Positions 39,373 through 50,151 of a DNA stretch of 63,392 nucleotides are shown piece by piece (positions within the stretch are counted from its first letter, which is position 1; the number at the start of each line of letters is the position of its first letter). A program made the translations under genes and the position numbers. The stretch lies in the NCBI GenBank assembly GCA_002780005.1, contig PEWV01000060.1, positions 1 to 63,392 of the forward strand, read 5' to 3'. This DNA comes from Candidatus Aquitaenariimonas noxiae. GTDB lineage: Bacteria; Omnitrophota; Gorgyraeia; Aquitaenariimonadales; Aquitaenariimonadaceae. The notes under the pieces are model-generated. The model saw only the letters and a list, made by a program, of their open reading frames with translations, searched no databases and was not told where the DNA came from.

Positions 39373-42300
39373 TTTTCCTCGGCGGGGATAATCCTGACGC
39401 CCCCCTGCTTCATTTCATATTTCCATTTCCATATCGAATAAATAGGCGGGTATACCAAAAGTTCCATAATAAAGCTCGTGAATATGCCGCCGATCATCGG
39501 CGCGGCAATTCGTTTCATCATGTCGGCCCCTGCGCCCATTGACCACATAATAGGAAGCAAACCCATAAACATCGCCATCACCGTCATCATCTTGGGCCGT
39601 ATCCGCTTTACGGCACCGTGAATAATAGCCTCGTCGAGATCTTCTCTTGTTTTCATTCTTCCTTGCCGGACCATATCGTAATAAGACATATCTAAAAAGA
39701 GAAGCATAAATACCCCTGTTTCGGCATCCAGCCCCATAAGGGCGATCATCCCAACCCAAACCGCGATCGACATGTTATAGTGCAAAAGATACAAGAACCA
39801 TACGGCTCCGACCAAAGAAAACGGAACCGCCAGCATGACTATGGAAGCCTTAATAGGAGATTTGGTATTCATATACAGCAAAATAAAGATGAGAAAGATC
39901 GTGATGGGTATAACAAGCTTTAATCTCTCTCGCACCCGAAGCATATTTTCGTATTGCCCGCTCCACGCGAGCGCATAGCCCGCAGGCAGTTGAATTTTCT
40001 GGCGAACGATTTTTCTTGCTTCTGTAACGTAGCTCCCCACATCACGTCCGGCGATATCGACATACACATATCCTGCGAGCATGCCGTTTTCATCCCGGAT
40101 CATAGCGGGCCCCAAAGACAAATGAATATCTGCTAATTCCTCAAGCGGTATCTCGGCGCCCGACATCGTGGGCACAAGCACTCTTTTTAACTTATCCAAA
40201 TCATCGCGAAATTCTCTTGCATAACGTACATTAACGGTGTAGCGCTCCCGGCCTTCAATCGTTGTTGTGACCGGTTCACCGCCGATGGCTGATGTTATGA
40301 TCATTTCCGCATCTTTTATCGTGAGACCGTAGCGGGCGATCTGTTCGCGCTTGATATCAAAATCTATAAAATATCCTCCGGTCACGCGTTCGGCAAAAAC
40401 AGAACGTGTGCCTTTAATATCTCTCAGGGTTGATTCAAGGTTTAGGCCGATCTTTTCGATCTCTTTTAGGTCAGCGCCATATATCTTTATTCCGACCGGC
40501 GTGCGCACCCCAGTCGACAACATATCGATCCTCGCCTTGATAGGCATAGTCCACGCGTTCGATACTCCGGGGAATTGCATTTGTTGATCTAGATCATTTA
40601 TCAGATCTTCGTATGTAATGCGGTCGCGCCAAATAGGCCTAAACGGTGTTTGCATAAAATCCGGCATCCATGAATACCACCGGTGAACTTTTCGCCACTG
40701 GTTCTCGGGCTTTAGCACAACTGTTGTTTCCATCATAGAAAATGGCGCCGGATCAGTAGACGTCTCTGCTCGGCCCGCCTTGCCAAAGACCCTTTCAACC
40801 TCAGGAGTACTTTTTAGGATCTTATCCATCGATTGAAGCAGTTTCTGCGTCTCCGTTACCGAAATGCCCGGTAAAGTCGTAGGCATATAAAGTATCGTAC
40901 CTTCGTTAAGCGGGGGCATAAACTCTGACCCCAGCTGAAGGTAAACAGGAATGGCGGAAAGCATTAGTATTCCCGCAGTTATGATCGTAGTCTTGCGATG
41001 CTTTAATACAAACTTGCAGGCTGGCTCGTAAATACGAAAGAGCACCTTGCTGATAGGGTGCCTCTCTTCAGGATAATATTTACCGACGGTCGCCGCATTA
41101 AAGAGATTTGAAAGCCAGCGCGGTTTGAAATGCTTGTAGTCCATCCGCGTAAACAACATCCGCATGGCAGGGTCGAGCGTAATGGCAAGAAGTGCCGCAA
41201 TTGCCATCGCAAGGTTTTTGCTAAAAGCAAGCGGCCTGAAAAGCCGCCCTTCCTGATCCACGAGAGTAAACACCGGCAGGAAAGCAACCGCGATCACAAG
41301 GAGCGAAAAAAATACGGAAGGGCCGACTTCTTTTAGCGCATTGAGCCTTATGATATGAAAATCGCCTTTACGTCCTCCGGCCTCCCAAAGCTGTAATTTC
41401 TTATAGGCATTCTCCACCTCAACAATAGCCCCATCGACAAGCACGCCGATCGAGATCGCGATACCCGAAAGGCTCATAATATTTGAAGTAAGTCTCATCC
41501 CAAACATAGGGATAAAGGAAAGGAACACTGCTATAGGTATCGTAACGATCGGAATAATTGCAGACGGAAAATGCCAGAGAAAAATAAGAATAACAAAGCT
41601 GACAATGATCATTTCCTCAATCAACTGATGTTTCAGCGTCTCTATAGAACGTTTAATAAGTTCTGATCTGTCATACGTTGTGACTATCTCGATGCCTTCG
41701 GGAAGAGATGGTTTGATTTCTTCGATCTTATCTTTCACGCGGTTAATCACATTAAGGGCGTTTTCGCCGTAGCGCATAATGACAATACCGCCAACGGTAT
41801 CTCCCTCACCGTCGAGATCCGCCACCCCGCGGCGCATATCCGGGCCCAGGGCAACCTTGGCTATATTTTTTACGAGTACAGGCGTACCGGATGCGTCGGA
41901 GCCAACGGCAACATTCTCGATATCTTGAGTAGATTTCGCATAACCCCTGCCTCGGATCATGTATTCAGCTCCGGAAAACTCCACAAGCCGGCCGCCCACA
42001 TCATTATTGCTATCACGGATCGCGTCAACAACCTTGGTAAGCGGTATCTTATAAGAAAGCAGCGCGTTAGGGTCAACATTCACCTGATATTGCTTCTGGA
42101 ATCCTCCCACAGAAGCTACTTCGGCTACTCCGGGAACACCCTGAAGCCAATAGCGCAGGTACCAGTCCTGAAAGGAGCGAAGTTTTGCTAAATCGTTTTT
42201 ACCGGTCTTATCGACAAGGGCATATTGATAAACCCAGCCGACGGAGCTTGCGTCCGGCCCCATCTCGGTCCTGACTCCTTCGGGTAGTTTGGGGATGATC

Positions 42301-42644
42301 TTGCTAAGATATTCAAGTGTACGGCTGCGCGCCCAATAAATATCCGTACCGTCTTTAAAAATGACATAAACGTAGGAAAATCCAAAATCAGAAAATCCCC
42401 GAATCGCCTTGACGTTGGGCGCTCCCAGCATCGCGCTTACAATAGGATACGTCACTTGATCTTCGATAATATCGGGAGATCTGTCCCATCGGGAATAAAT
42501 AATAACCTGCGTATCGGAAAGATCTGGGATGGCATCTAAGGGGATATTTTTAATGCAATATACCGCGCCTATCATCGCCGCTATGACAAAAATAATAACG
42601 ATGTATTTATTTTTTGCCGAAAATTCGATGATTTTTTCGATCAT
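39369..42644 (-). CDS. cusA: CusA/CzcA heavy-metal RND permease
   Basis: LDAIPDLSDTQV, MLSTG, RIRPKMMT, IAAPMIGG; Met-rich. Confidence 0.95.
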   Translation of the reverse strand: MIEKIIEFSAKNKYIVIIFVIAAMIGAVYCIKNIPLDAIPDLSDTQVIIYSRWDRSPDIIEDQVTYPIVSAMLGAPNVKAIRGFSDFGFSYVYVIFKDGTDIYWARSRTLEYLSKIIPKLPEGVRTEMGPDASSVGWVYQYALVDKTGKNDLAKLRSFQDWYLRYWLQGVPGVAEVASVGGFQKQYQVNVDPNALLSYKIPLTKVVDAIRDSNNDVGGRLVEFSGAEYMIRGRGYAKSTQDIENVAVGSDASGTPVLVKNIAKVALGPDMRRGVADLDGEGDTVGGIVIMRYGENALNVINRVKDKIEEIKPSLPEGIEIVTTYDRSELIKRSIETLKHQLIEEMIIVSFVILIFLWHFPSAIIPIVTIPIAVFLSFIPMFGMRLTSNIMSLSGIAISIGVLVDGAIVEVENAYKKLQLWEAGGRKGDFHIIRLNALKEVGPSVFFSLLVIAVAFLPVFTLVDQEGRLFRPLAFSKNLAMAIAALLAITLDPAMRMLFTRMDYKHFKPRWLSNLFNAATVGKYYPEERHPISKVLFRIYEPACKFVLKHRKTTIITAGILMLSAIPVYLQLGSEFMPPLNEGTILYMPTTLPGISVTETQKLLQSMDKILKSTPEVERVFGKAGRAETSTDPAPFSMMETTVVLKPENQWRKVHRWYSWMPDFMQTPFRPIWRDRITYEDLINDLDQQMQFPGVSNAWTMPIKARIDMLSTGVRTPVGIKIYGADLKEIEKIGLNLESTLRDIKGTRSVFAERVTGGYFIDFDIKREQIARYGLTIKDAEMIITSAIGGEPVTTTIEGRERYTVNVRYAREFRDDLDKLKRVLVPTMSGAEIPLEELADIHLSLGPAMIRDENGMLAGYVYVDIAGRDVGSYVTEARKIVRQKIQLPAGYALAWSGQYENMLRVRERLKLVIPITIFLIFILLYMNTKSPIKASIVMLAVPFSLVGAVWFLYLLHYNMSIAVWVGMIALMGLDAETGVFMLLFLDMSYYDMVRQGRMKTREDLDEAIIHGAVKRIRPKMMTVMAMFMGLLPIMWSMGAGADMMKRIAAPMIGGIFTSFIMELLVYPPIYSIWKWKYEMKQGGVRIIPAEEK

Positions 42645-42645
42645 G

Positions 42646-44043
42646 CTATTTTCCTTGAGAAGGAGATTTTAATTTTGACTCGGAATCAACAAGAAAGTTC
42701 CCGCTTGTAACTACAACATCTCCTTCTTTAATACCACCCAGAACCTCGTAATAGTTCTCTGCCTTTTGCCCAAGTGTTACTTCGCGGGACTCAAGCACGT
42801 TATTTTCTTCGGAAAGATACACGATCTTTCTTAAACCAGTGTCTAAGACGGCTGTTTCAGGAACCGCTAATTTGGATCCCAGGTCTTCTTTAATTAACGC
42901 GTTTACAAACATCTCCGGCTTGAGCTTATTTTCGGGGTTCGGCACTTCAACACGCACCTGATTTGTCCGTGTGGCCGGATCTAATACAGGATTGATGGAT
43001 ACGATCTTGCCGGGGAATTTCTCTCCGGGATAGGCAACAGCCTCAATGTCCACAGGATCGCCAATTTTAATAAATCCTATTTCATATTCATACACATCAA
43101 TATAAGCCCAAACGTTTTCTCCCTTGCCGGGAAGATATAGATTTGTTTCGGCTTTTCGCGTCTTTTCAAGAACAGCGATCTGATCGTCGTTCATGCCTAA
43201 GAGTTTTAATTTATTTCGCGAGGCTTCTGTAAGGCTTTTGGCCCTATCAATGACATCCTGAAGGGGGGAATCTTTGACATTATCCTGCGTATCCAGCGCC
43301 TGAATGAATTCTTCTTGTGTTATGGCAAGTTCGGGGTCATAGGCGATCTTGCCGGACACGCGCACAACCTTCGTTAGATCCATTATCTTAACCGGCTCTG
43401 TTTTAACACCGATCATTTGCTGTCTCTCAGGGCTTATGGTAACAGTAGGCCCTCCATAGGCCGCTGCCGGTGCTTCTTCTTCGTATACAGGAACATAATC
43501 CATTCCCATCGAATCTTTCATAGGCACTGGTGACGTAGCTTGGGGATTCATCGGGTTTCGATAATAAAGGAGCTTTCGTTCTTTTTTACCTTCTGCTGAA
43601 ACGGATCCTTGCGGTGTTTTGTCATTAGGTATTTCCACCACTTTCCCGCTCGTAGTAACAATGACCTCGCCGCATACGGGGCAGATGAGTCTTTCTCCCG
43701 GTTTAATATGCGCCTTAATTGACATCGGGCAATCTTTCATAGTGCATTTATAGGTAACGCAAACCTCTTCCAATGTTTTTTCTTTGGATGGCGCTTGCAT
43801 ATTCATTTCCTGGGCGGATGCCTTATCCGAAGAATCATTTTCTGCTTTAACAAGCTTCATCCCGCAAATCGGACAATCTCCGGGCTTATCAGACGTATAC
43901 GTCGGATGCATAGGGCAATGATAAGTAATTTTGCTCTGTGAAACAATGTTGGGGTCTTGCGATTGTCCGCATCCTGAAACAGTCATCATTACTAAAAAAA
44001 CCAACAATAAATAAATTATAGAGATGTTTTTATTTTTTTCCAT
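42646..44043 (-). CDS. cusB: CusB-type RND adaptor lipoprotein with three N-terminal metal-binding modules
   Basis: VSGC lipobox; YHCPMHP..CPICGM; CTMKDC..CPVCG; YYRNPMNP..DSMGMD. Confidence 0.9.
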   Translation of the reverse strand: MEKNKNISIIYLLLVFLVMMTVSGCGQSQDPNIVSQSKITYHCPMHPTYTSDKPGDCPICGMKLVKAENDSSDKASAQEMNMQAPSKEKTLEEVCVTYKCTMKDCPMSIKAHIKPGERLICPVCGEVIVTTSGKVVEIPNDKTPQGSVSAEGKKERKLLYYRNPMNPQATSPVPMKDSMGMDYVPVYEEEAPAAAYGGPTVTISPERQQMIGVKTEPVKIMDLTKVVRVSGKIAYDPELAITQEEFIQALDTQDNVKDSPLQDVIDRAKSLTEASRNKLKLLGMNDDQIAVLEKTRKAETNLYLPGKGENVWAYIDVYEYEIGFIKIGDPVDIEAVAYPGEKFPGKIVSINPVLDPATRTNQVRVEVPNPENKLKPEMFVNALIKEDLGSKLAVPETAVLDTGLRKIVYLSEENNVLESREVTLGQKAENYYEVLGGIKEGDVVVTSGNFLVDSESKLKSPSQGK

Positions 44044-45337
44044 AACCGCCTCTGTTTAATACTTCGTTCAAACTCACGCCTATAGCTTTCTCGAGATCTG
44101 CCAAGGCAAGCCTCAATTCCAAAATAACTTTATAGTGGTCGAGTTTAAATTCTATCAACGTTCGTTGACTGTCCAAAAATATAAAAAGATCCGTCTTCCC
44201 GGATTCGTAACCTTTAATAGACGCCTTCAAGGCTTCGTCTGCCTGAGGAATAAATGCGGTTTCATATAATTCTATCATTTTTTTATTCGCTTCTATTCTT
44301 GCGTAGGCATCCCTTATATCTAATAAGATATTTTTTTCTTTTGCGTCATATTCGGCTTTTAACATTTCCAGTTCTGATTTCATCTCCTTCACTCCAAAAG
44401 CCTGCTTCTCAAAAAACCAAAGGGGAACAGTGACTCCCAGCATTCCGGCCCATGAACCGCTTTTAAAATCGCCGTCGTCAGCCATTTGCCTGAACTTTAC
44501 CATAAAATCAGGGGCAAATTCATTGATTGAAAGATCGTACGCGGCCTGCCCTCTATCTATAGCGTACCTGTATGTTTTAAGTTCAGGATTATTCTCTTTA
44601 GCAATAACATAAAATTCTTTAAGAGGCAGTATAGACGCAACCGGCGCTTCGGCGGCGGGAATACCTATTTCATTTTCAGGATCTTTATTCATCAAAACAT
44701 CGAGTTTGGCCTGCGCTGTAAGCCTTTTTTGCTCCAGCGTAATAAGTTCATTATCGGTTTTTGCGACCTCAACCTGAGCTTTTAACACATCTCCTTCCGC
44801 CCCCATTCCAGTCGAATACCTATTAGTGGCACTTGCGGCGAATTGATCAAGAATGCTTTTGCTCTCCTTATTTATGTCGATAGTTTTATAAATAAGAAAA
44901 AGTTCCGCATAGGCGCTTTTCGCCTGCGATATGATATCCTTCTCTTTTGTATTATAATTTTCGTAAGACATCTTTGCCAATTTTGCCGCAATCTTGGCGC
45001 GCAGATAGAGTTTTGTCGGAAATGGGATCTCCTGTGAAATAGAGAATGTCTTCATCGGATTCCCGGACAACATTCTGTCAGCAGTTATCTTGTCATATTC
45101 AAATTCTAAAACAGGGTCATTAAGGCTGGCTGCCTGAGGTATTCTAGCATTTGCGGCTTCATATGATCTACGCGCGGCAAGAAGTTCGGGGTTTGATTTA
45201 AGCGTTTCTTCAACTATTTTTTCTATCGAGATAGCTGAATCTTGTTCGGCGTGTATGGCAGTCTGGTGGAAAATTATAACTGAAAGTAAAATAGTATATA
45301 AAAAAACTGAAATAGTTCGTTTTTTCATAACACTCAT
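44030..45337 (-). CDS. cusC: TolC-family outer-membrane factor of the cus operon (alternative start 45328)
   Basis: NPEL, LNDP, YESGK; upstream of cusBA. Confidence 0.88.
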   Translation of the reverse strand: MSVMKKRTISVFLYTILLSVIIFHQTAIHAEQDSAISIEKIVEETLKSNPELLAARRSYEAANARIPQAASLNDPVLEFEYDKITADRMLSGNPMKTFSISQEIPFPTKLYLRAKIAAKLAKMSYENYNTKEKDIISQAKSAYAELFLIYKTIDINKESKSILDQFAASATNRYSTGMGAEGDVLKAQVEVAKTDNELITLEQKRLTAQAKLDVLMNKDPENEIGIPAAEAPVASILPLKEFYVIAKENNPELKTYRYAIDRGQAAYDLSINEFAPDFMVKFRQMADDGDFKSGSWAGMLGVTVPLWFFEKQAFGVKEMKSELEMLKAEYDAKEKNILLDIRDAYARIEANKKMIELYETAFIPQADEALKASIKGYESGKTDLFIFLDSQRTLIEFKLDHYKVILELRLALADLEKAIGVSLNEVLNRGGYGKK

Positions 45338-45464
45338 AACTATTCTTTGATAAATAGCTTATAATACAATATATACAATGTCAATTAATTAGTTATTTCA
45401 GATTAAAATAAAAATTTTTAAAACTTTCACTGAGTCTCAAGCTGGATCTTTTTAATTCAGTTTT

Positions 45465-45794
45465 TCACTGGCAGGTCTTTTTTTTCTTTCTCTTCTTTTC
45501 CTCGTTTTCCCAAAATTCTACTGCCTTGCGCGCTTCAAAATAAACATCTGAAAAAAGCCTGTGAAGATCGGATCTGCCACCTTTAGCTCTGCTATATTTT
45601 TTTATCATTTTTACAAAATCCTTCTCTAGATCAACAGGCTTGTACTTGGGATAAGCTGCTGAAATTAACTTTGGAACCTGTAGGCACGCCACAAGTCTTA
45701 ATGCTTCGGAAAAGCTTATATCGTATTTTTTTGATATGCCCTTAAGATGATCGGCCAGCCAAGTATTGAATACAACTTGATACCTTTTAAGCAT
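45465..45794 (-). CDS. Hypothetical protein, ribbon-helix-helix-like N-terminus
   Basis: SD GGAGG; KRYQVVF-(helix)-DISFSEALR pattern. Confidence 0.65.
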   Translation of the reverse strand: MLKRYQVVFNTWLADHLKGISKKYDISFSEALRLVACLQVPKLISAAYPKYKPVDLEKDFVKMIKKYSRAKGGRSDLHRLFSDVYFEARKAVEFWENEEKKRKKKKTCQ

Positions 45795-45980
45795 AATTCC
45801 TCCGGTAAGGTTTCGTATATTGATGGCCGGATTTGTCTGTCCCGTATTTTAAGGCGAGTGTATGCAGATTCTTTACAAAAAATGGGTCTTTGAAAAGTAT
45901 TTTATTTGATAAGCTTTCTATAAAATAATCTACGCTTATCATCTAATTTAGGAAGGGTTTATAGTATCTGCCTTGCAAAT

Positions 45981-46009
45981 AGACTATAGCATAACTTATT
46001 CTATGTCAA
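45981..46009 (-). promoter_or_regulatory. Sigma70 promoter with AAGTTATGCTATAG motif
   Basis: TTGACA-N17-TAGTCT. Confidence 0.6.
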
Positions 46010-46013
46010 GGGA

Positions 46014-46760
46014 TTAAGCGATATAATTTAACAGCTCATACCCGTTTTTTAAATTTTCGGAGGTTGCCGGCTTTACATCGGCTAAGGGATATTTAAGATC
46101 CAAATATTCCCACTTATGTTTTCCTAGAGTGTGGTATGGTAAAAATTCGAATTTCCGGCAGAATTTTAAATTTTTAAGAATATTCCTTAATCCTTCCATA
46201 TCCTTTTTGGAATCATTGAGGCCCGGCACGAGCACATACCTTATCCAATAGTCTTTCTTGTTTTTCTCCAGGATCTGCAAAAATTCGATGACCTGGCCGA
46301 GTTTTCTTCCGGTCAGCTTTTCGTGCAGGCCTTCAAAAGCCGCTTTTATATCCACTATAAACAGGTCCGTAACCGAAAGAAGGCTTTTTAATTTCGGTTT
46401 GTCGCCTAAATTATAGAAGGCGCTTGTATCTATCGCAGTATGTATTTTATTATCTTTGCAGCGCTTTAAGAAATCCGTTAAAAAATCCATCTGCAATAGC
46501 GGCTCCCCTCCGGAGATGGTAACACCGCCGTTAGAAGAATTTATATAAGGCAGGCATCTTTTTAGTTTGGCGAATATCTCCGCGGCGGTCATCGCTTTTC
46601 CTGATCTAAGGCCCCACGTATCAGGATTCTGGCAATAGAGGCACCTTGCGCGGCACCCTTGCAAAAAAAGCACAAATCTTATGCCCGGGCCTTCATGCGC
46701 TCCAAAGGTCTCTATAGAATGTACACGCGCTAATTTTTCTTTTTTCTTACATGCTTTCAT
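46014..46760 (-). CDS. pflA: Pyruvate formate-lyase activating enzyme
   Basis: [26 protein letters not shown]. Confidence 0.95.
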   Translation of the reverse strand: MKACKKKEKLARVHSIETFGAHEGPGIRFVLFLQGCRARCLYCQNPDTWGLRSGKAMTAAEIFAKLKRCLPYINSSNGGVTISGGEPLLQMDFLTDFLKRCKDNKIHTAIDTSAFYNLGDKPKLKSLLSVTDLFIVDIKAAFEGLHEKLTGRKLGQVIEFLQILEKNKKDYWIRYVLVPGLNDSKKDMEGLRNILKNLKFCRKFEFLPYHTLGKHKWEYLDLKYPLADVKPATSENLKNGYELLNYIA

Positions 46761-48957
46761 GAAAAGTCCTGGCCAGCACTTCTTTCTGCTGCTCCCGCGA
46801 TAATTTGGTGAAATGGACGGCGTAACCTGACACCCTTATAGTAAGTTGGGGGTATTTTTCAGGATGATTCACGGCATCCCTTAAGGACTCTCTATCGAGC
46901 ACGTTGATATTCACGTGGTGTGCCCCTTTAGTGAAATAACCGTCAAGCATTCCTTTGAGATTATTGATCCTGTCTTCGTCTGTTCGTCCGAGAGCCGAAG
47001 GGAGCGTAGTAAAAGTATTCGATATTCCATCCCTGCAGTCCGCGTAGGGAATAGCCGCGACGGAATTAAGGGACGCTATTATACCGTTCTCGTCGCGGCC
47101 GTGCATGGGATTGGCGCCCGGAGCGAAAGGTTTGCCTTTTTCCCTGCCGTCCGGCGTGGCGCCCGTTTTTTTACCGTACATCACGTTGGAAGTTATCGTG
47201 AGAATAGAGACCGCAGGTATAGAATTCCTGTAAAAATTATTCTTTTTCAGTTCCGTTATAAATGTTTTCACCAGGTCCACGGCCCTGCCGTCAACCTTGT
47301 CATCATCGTTCCCGAATTTCGGAAAATCCCCTTTTATCTTAAATGTTGTCGTGAGCCTTTTCTTATTCCTTAGGGCGTATACCTTCGCGTAACGTATCGC
47401 ACTCAACGAATCGGCGACCACCGAAAGCCCGGCGATGCCAAAGGCCATATAACGCGTGAGCTCGGTATCAAGAAGAGCCATCTGCGCCCGCTCGTAATAA
47501 TACGTATCGTGCGATGAGTGAATTATATTAAGCGCCTCGGCATAGGTCTTTAACGTCCAGCGCAATACCTGGTTTACTTTCTCCCTGACTTCAGTGATAT
47601 CAAGCGGGTCGTTTTGGATAGGCGCAATATTGGGAATGACTTTTTCGCCTGTCATTTCGTCCCTGCCTTCATTAAGGGCGTATAAAAGGACTTTCGCGAG
47701 GTTGCATCGCGCCCCGAAATACTGCATTTCGCTTCCGTTTTTAAGAAGGGAGACGCAGCAGGATATGCTGTAATCATCGCCTCCGATAAGCCTCATCATA
47801 TCATCGTTTTCGTACTGGACGGAGCTTGTCTTTATTGATACCTCCGCGCAAAATTTCTTAAAATTATCCGGGAGCCTCGTTGACCAGAGGATCGTGAGGT
47901 TCGGTTCCGGCGCGGGCCCAAGATTAAAGAGCGTCTGTAAGAACCTATAGGAAGTTTTCGTTACCTTATGCCTGCCGTCGATACTTACCCCGCCGATACT
48001 TTCCGTTATCCAAACAGGGTCTCCGGCGAATATTTCCGAATACGACTTTGGCCTGAGATGCCTTACGAGACGCAGTTTGATCACAAAATCATCAATAAGC
48101 TCCTGCGCCTCTTCCTCTGTGAGAAGGCCTTTTTTCATATCATTTTCTATATAGATATCAAAAAAATTACTCACACTTCCGAGGCTCATCGCGGCGCCGT
48201 CCTGCTCTTTTATGGCAGCCAAATACGCGAGATATACCCATTGTATAGCCTCGACCGCGTTCCCGGCTGGCTTTGACAGGTCAAAACCGTACATTTTTCC
48301 CAATTTCAGGATATCTTCCAGGGCAATTATCTGTTCCGCTACTTCTCCTCTTAGCCTGATAGCCTCCGGCAGGGCTGAATCTTCCAGTAATTTCTTGTCA
48401 TGTTTTTTAGCCGCTATGAGCTTTTTTATTCCATAAAGCGCCACGCGCCTGAAGTCGCCTATTATCCTGCCCCTGGCGTAATTATCCGGCAAACCCGTGA
48501 TCAGGCCGGCGTGCCTTGCCTTTAAAATATCGTCCGTATAAGCGTCAAAGACAGCGTCGTTGTGCGTCTTGCGATACTTAGTGTATATTTCCTTAATTCT
48601 ATCACTGAGTTTATACCCGTAATCATTGCAGGCCATTTCAACAAGTTTTATGCCGCCAAGCGGTTTAATAGCCCTTTTAAGCGGTTCATCGGTCTGCAGG
48701 CCTTTGATTATTTCGTGTTTTTTGTCGATATAACCTGGCCTGTGGCTTGTAACGGTAGAGACCGTATCGGTATCCACGTCAAGCACGCCGCCCCGTTTCA
48801 TTTCTTTTTCAAAAAGCTTGAGGCATTTAGCCCACAGCGCTTTCGTCCTTTTTGTGGGAGCGCATAAGAATTCTTCGCTTCCGTCATAGGGCGTGTAATT
48901 CCTGTTAACAAAGTCTCTTACATCTACTGTTTTATCCCATCTTCCTCTTGTAAACAT
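46747..48957 (-). CDS. pflB: Pyruvate formate-lyase
   Basis: ISCCVS active-site Cys pair and RVSGYAV glycyl-radical motif; start set after GGAGG. Confidence 0.97.
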   Translation of the reverse strand: MFTRGRWDKTVDVRDFVNRNYTPYDGSEEFLCAPTKRTKALWAKCLKLFEKEMKRGGVLDVDTDTVSTVTSHRPGYIDKKHEIIKGLQTDEPLKRAIKPLGGIKLVEMACNDYGYKLSDRIKEIYTKYRKTHNDAVFDAYTDDILKARHAGLITGLPDNYARGRIIGDFRRVALYGIKKLIAAKKHDKKLLEDSALPEAIRLRGEVAEQIIALEDILKLGKMYGFDLSKPAGNAVEAIQWVYLAYLAAIKEQDGAAMSLGSVSNFFDIYIENDMKKGLLTEEEAQELIDDFVIKLRLVRHLRPKSYSEIFAGDPVWITESIGGVSIDGRHKVTKTSYRFLQTLFNLGPAPEPNLTILWSTRLPDNFKKFCAEVSIKTSSVQYENDDMMRLIGGDDYSISCCVSLLKNGSEMQYFGARCNLAKVLLYALNEGRDEMTGEKVIPNIAPIQNDPLDITEVREKVNQVLRWTLKTYAEALNIIHSSHDTYYYERAQMALLDTELTRYMAFGIAGLSVVADSLSAIRYAKVYALRNKKRLTTTFKIKGDFPKFGNDDDKVDGRAVDLVKTFITELKKNNFYRNSIPAVSILTITSNVMYGKKTGATPDGREKGKPFAPGANPMHGRDENGIIASLNSVAAIPYADCRDGISNTFTTLPSALGRTDEDRINNLKGMLDGYFTKGAHHVNINVLDRESLRDAVNHPEKYPQLTIRVSGYAVHFTKLSREQQKEVLARTFHESM

Positions 48958-48971
48958 ATCAACCTCCATAA

Positions 48972-49078
48972 AATAAAAAACACCTGGGTTTTAAAAACCC
49001 AGGTGTACGGTTTTTTCTGTTTCACCAGTTCAGCGCTCCCTCATGGTTACCCATGCATCACCAGTCGCGCCTTCCTCC
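48972..49078 (-). ncRNA. ZMP/ZTP (pfl) riboswitch with intrinsic terminator
   Basis: GCGCGACUGGUG..CAUGG/CCAUG..GGGAGCGC..CCGUACACCUGGG; terminator ACACCUGGGUUU/AAACCCAGGUGU plus U-tract overlapping the 3' aptamer strand. Confidence 0.9.
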
Positions 49079-49090
49079 GAATTTTGTATC

Positions 49091-49119
49091 ATTATAACAC
49101 TTGATAATTGCTTTGTAAA
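49091..49119 (-). promoter_or_regulatory. Sigma70 promoter for riboswitch-pflBA
   Basis: TTTACA-N17-TATAAT with extended TG. Confidence 0.7.
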
Positions 49120-49183
49120 GAAAAAAGTAAAAAAAATTTTATGCCCTTAATATTTCTTTCGCCGTACACTGCTCGCTAATACA

Positions 49184-49833
49184 TTAGCATCTGAAAGTGG
49201 GGCTCATGGTGATGGCCAGGCGTATCTTGGAGGCATCGAACCATTCCTTGGGAATTTGGCCGGGGGCGTAGATATTCGCGCTCCGTTCGTCTTCTAGAGG
49301 GATCCCGAGCGCAGCGGCCGCATGCGCTGCCACCCATTGAGAATAAGTCGGGAAATGGGCGCAGTTCGGCAAGCTTGTACTGTCGACATAGAACCTGCTA
49401 TCAGTTTTTTTCTCGGGCCAACCGGTGATATATGTCAAAATAACGTCTTTGTTCATCACATACACCGGATATGTAAAATCCTGTGTAAAGGTTTTACGTT
49501 CGGAACGGAGATAAAGCATCTTTTTTTATGTATTTTAATACGGTCTGCACCGTTCAGATCGCATGTTCGGACATTTCCGGTAGGAATATTAAAAAAACAC
49601 CAATAAGACTTAAATTGTTTGGTGCCGGGCGCTATAACTATTATATGTTCCAGGCCAAACCAAAGCAGGCTTACTCCGGCTAAGAAAAGCGCCGAGATCA
49701 AGCTGGGTAAAACTGTAATGACCCCTTTTGACAGGCCGATCACCAGGGCAATAGATGTTAACCCAAAAAGCCCGCCGATAAGAAACCTGAGACCTCTAAA
49801 CGGCAGCCTGATTATTAGGGGTGTGTTTTGCAT
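49184..49833 (-). pseudogene. Hypothetical two-TM membrane protein apparently frameshifted at an A7 run (49521-49527)
   Basis: Overlapping ORFs 49456..49833 and 49184..49519; adding one A fuses HKK-KMLYLRSE. Confidence 0.5.
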
Positions 49834-49952
49834 GTTTAAAATAAAGTCACCGCTTTAAAAACATTCGGGCGCTAGCCCCACCCTAGTGTAACTCTTTGTG
49901 GGTCGCAGGCAAACGCCACCTTTATAAAGTGCGTTTGCCGGAGACCGAAAAA

Positions 49953-50042
49953 TGGCGGAGAGTGGAGGATTCGAACCTCCGAGGCAGTTACCCGCCTAAC
50001 GGTTTTCGAGACCGCCGCATTCAACCGCTCTGCCAACTCTCC
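49953..50042 (-). tRNA. tRNA-Ser(CGA)
   Basis: GGAGAGTTGG..CTCGAAA loop, long variable arm, TTCGAATC, CCA end; 90 nt. Confidence 0.95.
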
Positions 50043-50074
50043 AAATTGCTATCGCATTAAAACTGCAGGCAATT

Positions 50075-50115
50075 TGTCCCGAGTAGCCCTAGCTTAACTC
50101 AGGCTACGAGGGATG
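50075..50115 (-). repeat. REP-like hairpin (CATCCCTCG..CTCGGGAC) 33 nt upstream of tRNA-Ser(CGA)
   Basis: Same flanks as the elements at 33365, 53303 and 57657. Confidence 0.65.
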
Positions 50116-50151
50116 AAACCCAACCTTAAACTTTATTATAATTGATTTTCC

